Assembly: GCA_965153455.1 (NCBI GenBank)
Contig: OZ234493.1
Location: 11,708,213-11,772,212, forward strand
From: Sphagnum compactum
Taxonomy: Eukaryota
DNA: 64,000 bases
Reading direction: 5' to 3'
The translations under genes and the position numbers were made by a program. Positions within the stretch are counted from its first letter, which is position 1; the number at the start of each line of letters is the position of its first letter. Below are positions 62,825 to 64,000 of this stretch, piece after piece. The notes under the pieces were generated by a model. That model was given only the letters and a program-made list of their open reading frames with translations. It ran no database searches and was not told where the DNA came from.

Positions 62825-64000
62825 GGGGCTTGAATGAATTAGCAGCCACCAATGCACCAGTTGAGGATGAGCCCGTTCAACCCGTTTTGGGGATGAACCA
62901 AAACCACATCCGGACTGCCCAAATATTTTTTTTTTCTCTCGCCTCTACTCTGCCCCAAAACATTTCTCCCCTACCTACCTTCCTCCCCCCTCCTACCTCC
63001 TACCTACCCCCTCCTACCTCCCCCCTCCTACCTACCTACCCCCCCCTACCTCCCCCCTCCTACCTACCTCCAACATCTTACCTCCAATCGCCATCGCCAG
63101 AGCACCACAGCGAGAGCAGGAGCACCATCGCGGGAGCACCACAGCGAGAACGGGAGCACCATCGCGGGAGCACCATAGGCAGAGCGGGAACGACGAAGCC
63201 AGACCGGGAGCACCACAGCCAGAGCGGGAGCGCCGGAGCTAGAGTTTTTTTCCTGAAGCGGGAGCGCCAGAGCTTCAAGGTAAGCTTTTTTCCCTTCTTC
63301 TTTTTTATTTTGCATCGTGGAGCTCCGAGCTGCAGCTCCAAGCTCGTGGAGCTTGGAGCTCGGAGCTGCGCTGGAGCTCCAAGTTCGTGGAGCTCAGAGC
63401 TCGGAGCAGCGCAGCTCCAAGCTCGTGGAGCTCAGAGCTCGGAGCAGCGCAGCTCCAAGCTCGTGGAGCTCAGAGCTCGGAGCAGCACAGCTCCGATCTC
63501 GTGGAGCTTGGAGATCGGAGCTGCAGCTCCGAGCTCCACGAGAGCTGCACGAGAGCTCCACGAGAGCTGCACGAAAGCTCCACGAGAGCTCCACGAGAGC
63601 TCCACGAGAGCTCCACGAGAGCTGCACGAGAGCTGCACGAGAGCTCCACGAGAGCTGCACGAGAGCTCCACGAGAGCTCCACGAGAGCTGGAGCTCCGAG
63701 CTCCACGAGAGTTGCACGAGAGCTCCACGAGAGCTCCACGAGAACTGCACGAGAGCTGCACGAGAGCTCCACGAGAGCTACACGAGAGCTCCACGAGAGC
63801 TGCACGAGAGCTCCACGAGAGCTGGAGCTCCGAGCTCCACGAGAGTTGCACGAGAGCTCCACGAGAGCTCCACGAGAGCTAGAGCTCCGAGCTCCACGAG
63901 AGTTGCACGAGAGCTCCACGAGAGCTACACGAGAGTTGCACGAGAGCTCCACGAGAGTTGCACGAGAGCTGCACGAGAGCTGCACGAGAGCTCCACGAGA
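62825..64000. mobile_element. Left end of a second copy of the satellite-rich DNA element; continues beyond the window
   Basis: Terminus homologous (inverted) to 3650-3746. CCTACC tract at 62970-63080, GGGAGCACCA repeats at 63100-63240, AGCT arrays from 63317. Confidence 0.7.
63530..64000. repeat. 11-bp tandem satellite GAGAGCT(C/G)CAC
   Basis: Read directly; runs to the window end. Confidence 0.95.

Noticed and set aside
62830-63985. 350-aa ORF and antisense ORFs
   Set aside because: Translations of the element terminus, CCTACC tract and 11-bp satellite.

Overview
Eukaryotic, intron-rich, AT-rich plant genomic DNA. Gene structures and repeat content suggest a bryophyte, possibly Sphagnum (inference only). 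By hand-splicing I reconstructed five apparently intact genes: DAD1/OST2 (+, 3956-5511), a SNAP25/SNAP33-type Qbc-SNARE with a long N-terminal extension (-, 8875-6878), an AT5G45310-like coiled-coil/membrane protein (+, 37604-39692), TOM6 (+, 49409-49582, 57 aa, too short for the ORF track) and MIS12 (-, 62449-59914, with a probable GC-AG intron). The C-terminal half of VIRILIZER (m6A writer scaffold) lies at about 52296-59193. It is 5'-truncated exactly at a Helitron-like 5' terminus and carries a nonsense codon and a lost splice acceptor. Both ends of the window hold copies of one AGCT-satellite-rich, foldback-like DNA element, each with a homologous terminus just upstream of a housekeeping gene. 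The left copy carries a decayed C2H2 zinc-finger gene. The intergenic middle contains a decayed hAT transposase, a MITE with a 9-bp TSD, a solo LTR with a 5-bp TSD, several Helitron-like ends, tandem repeats and a perfect hairpin. All homology calls are from remembered motifs; no database search was run.
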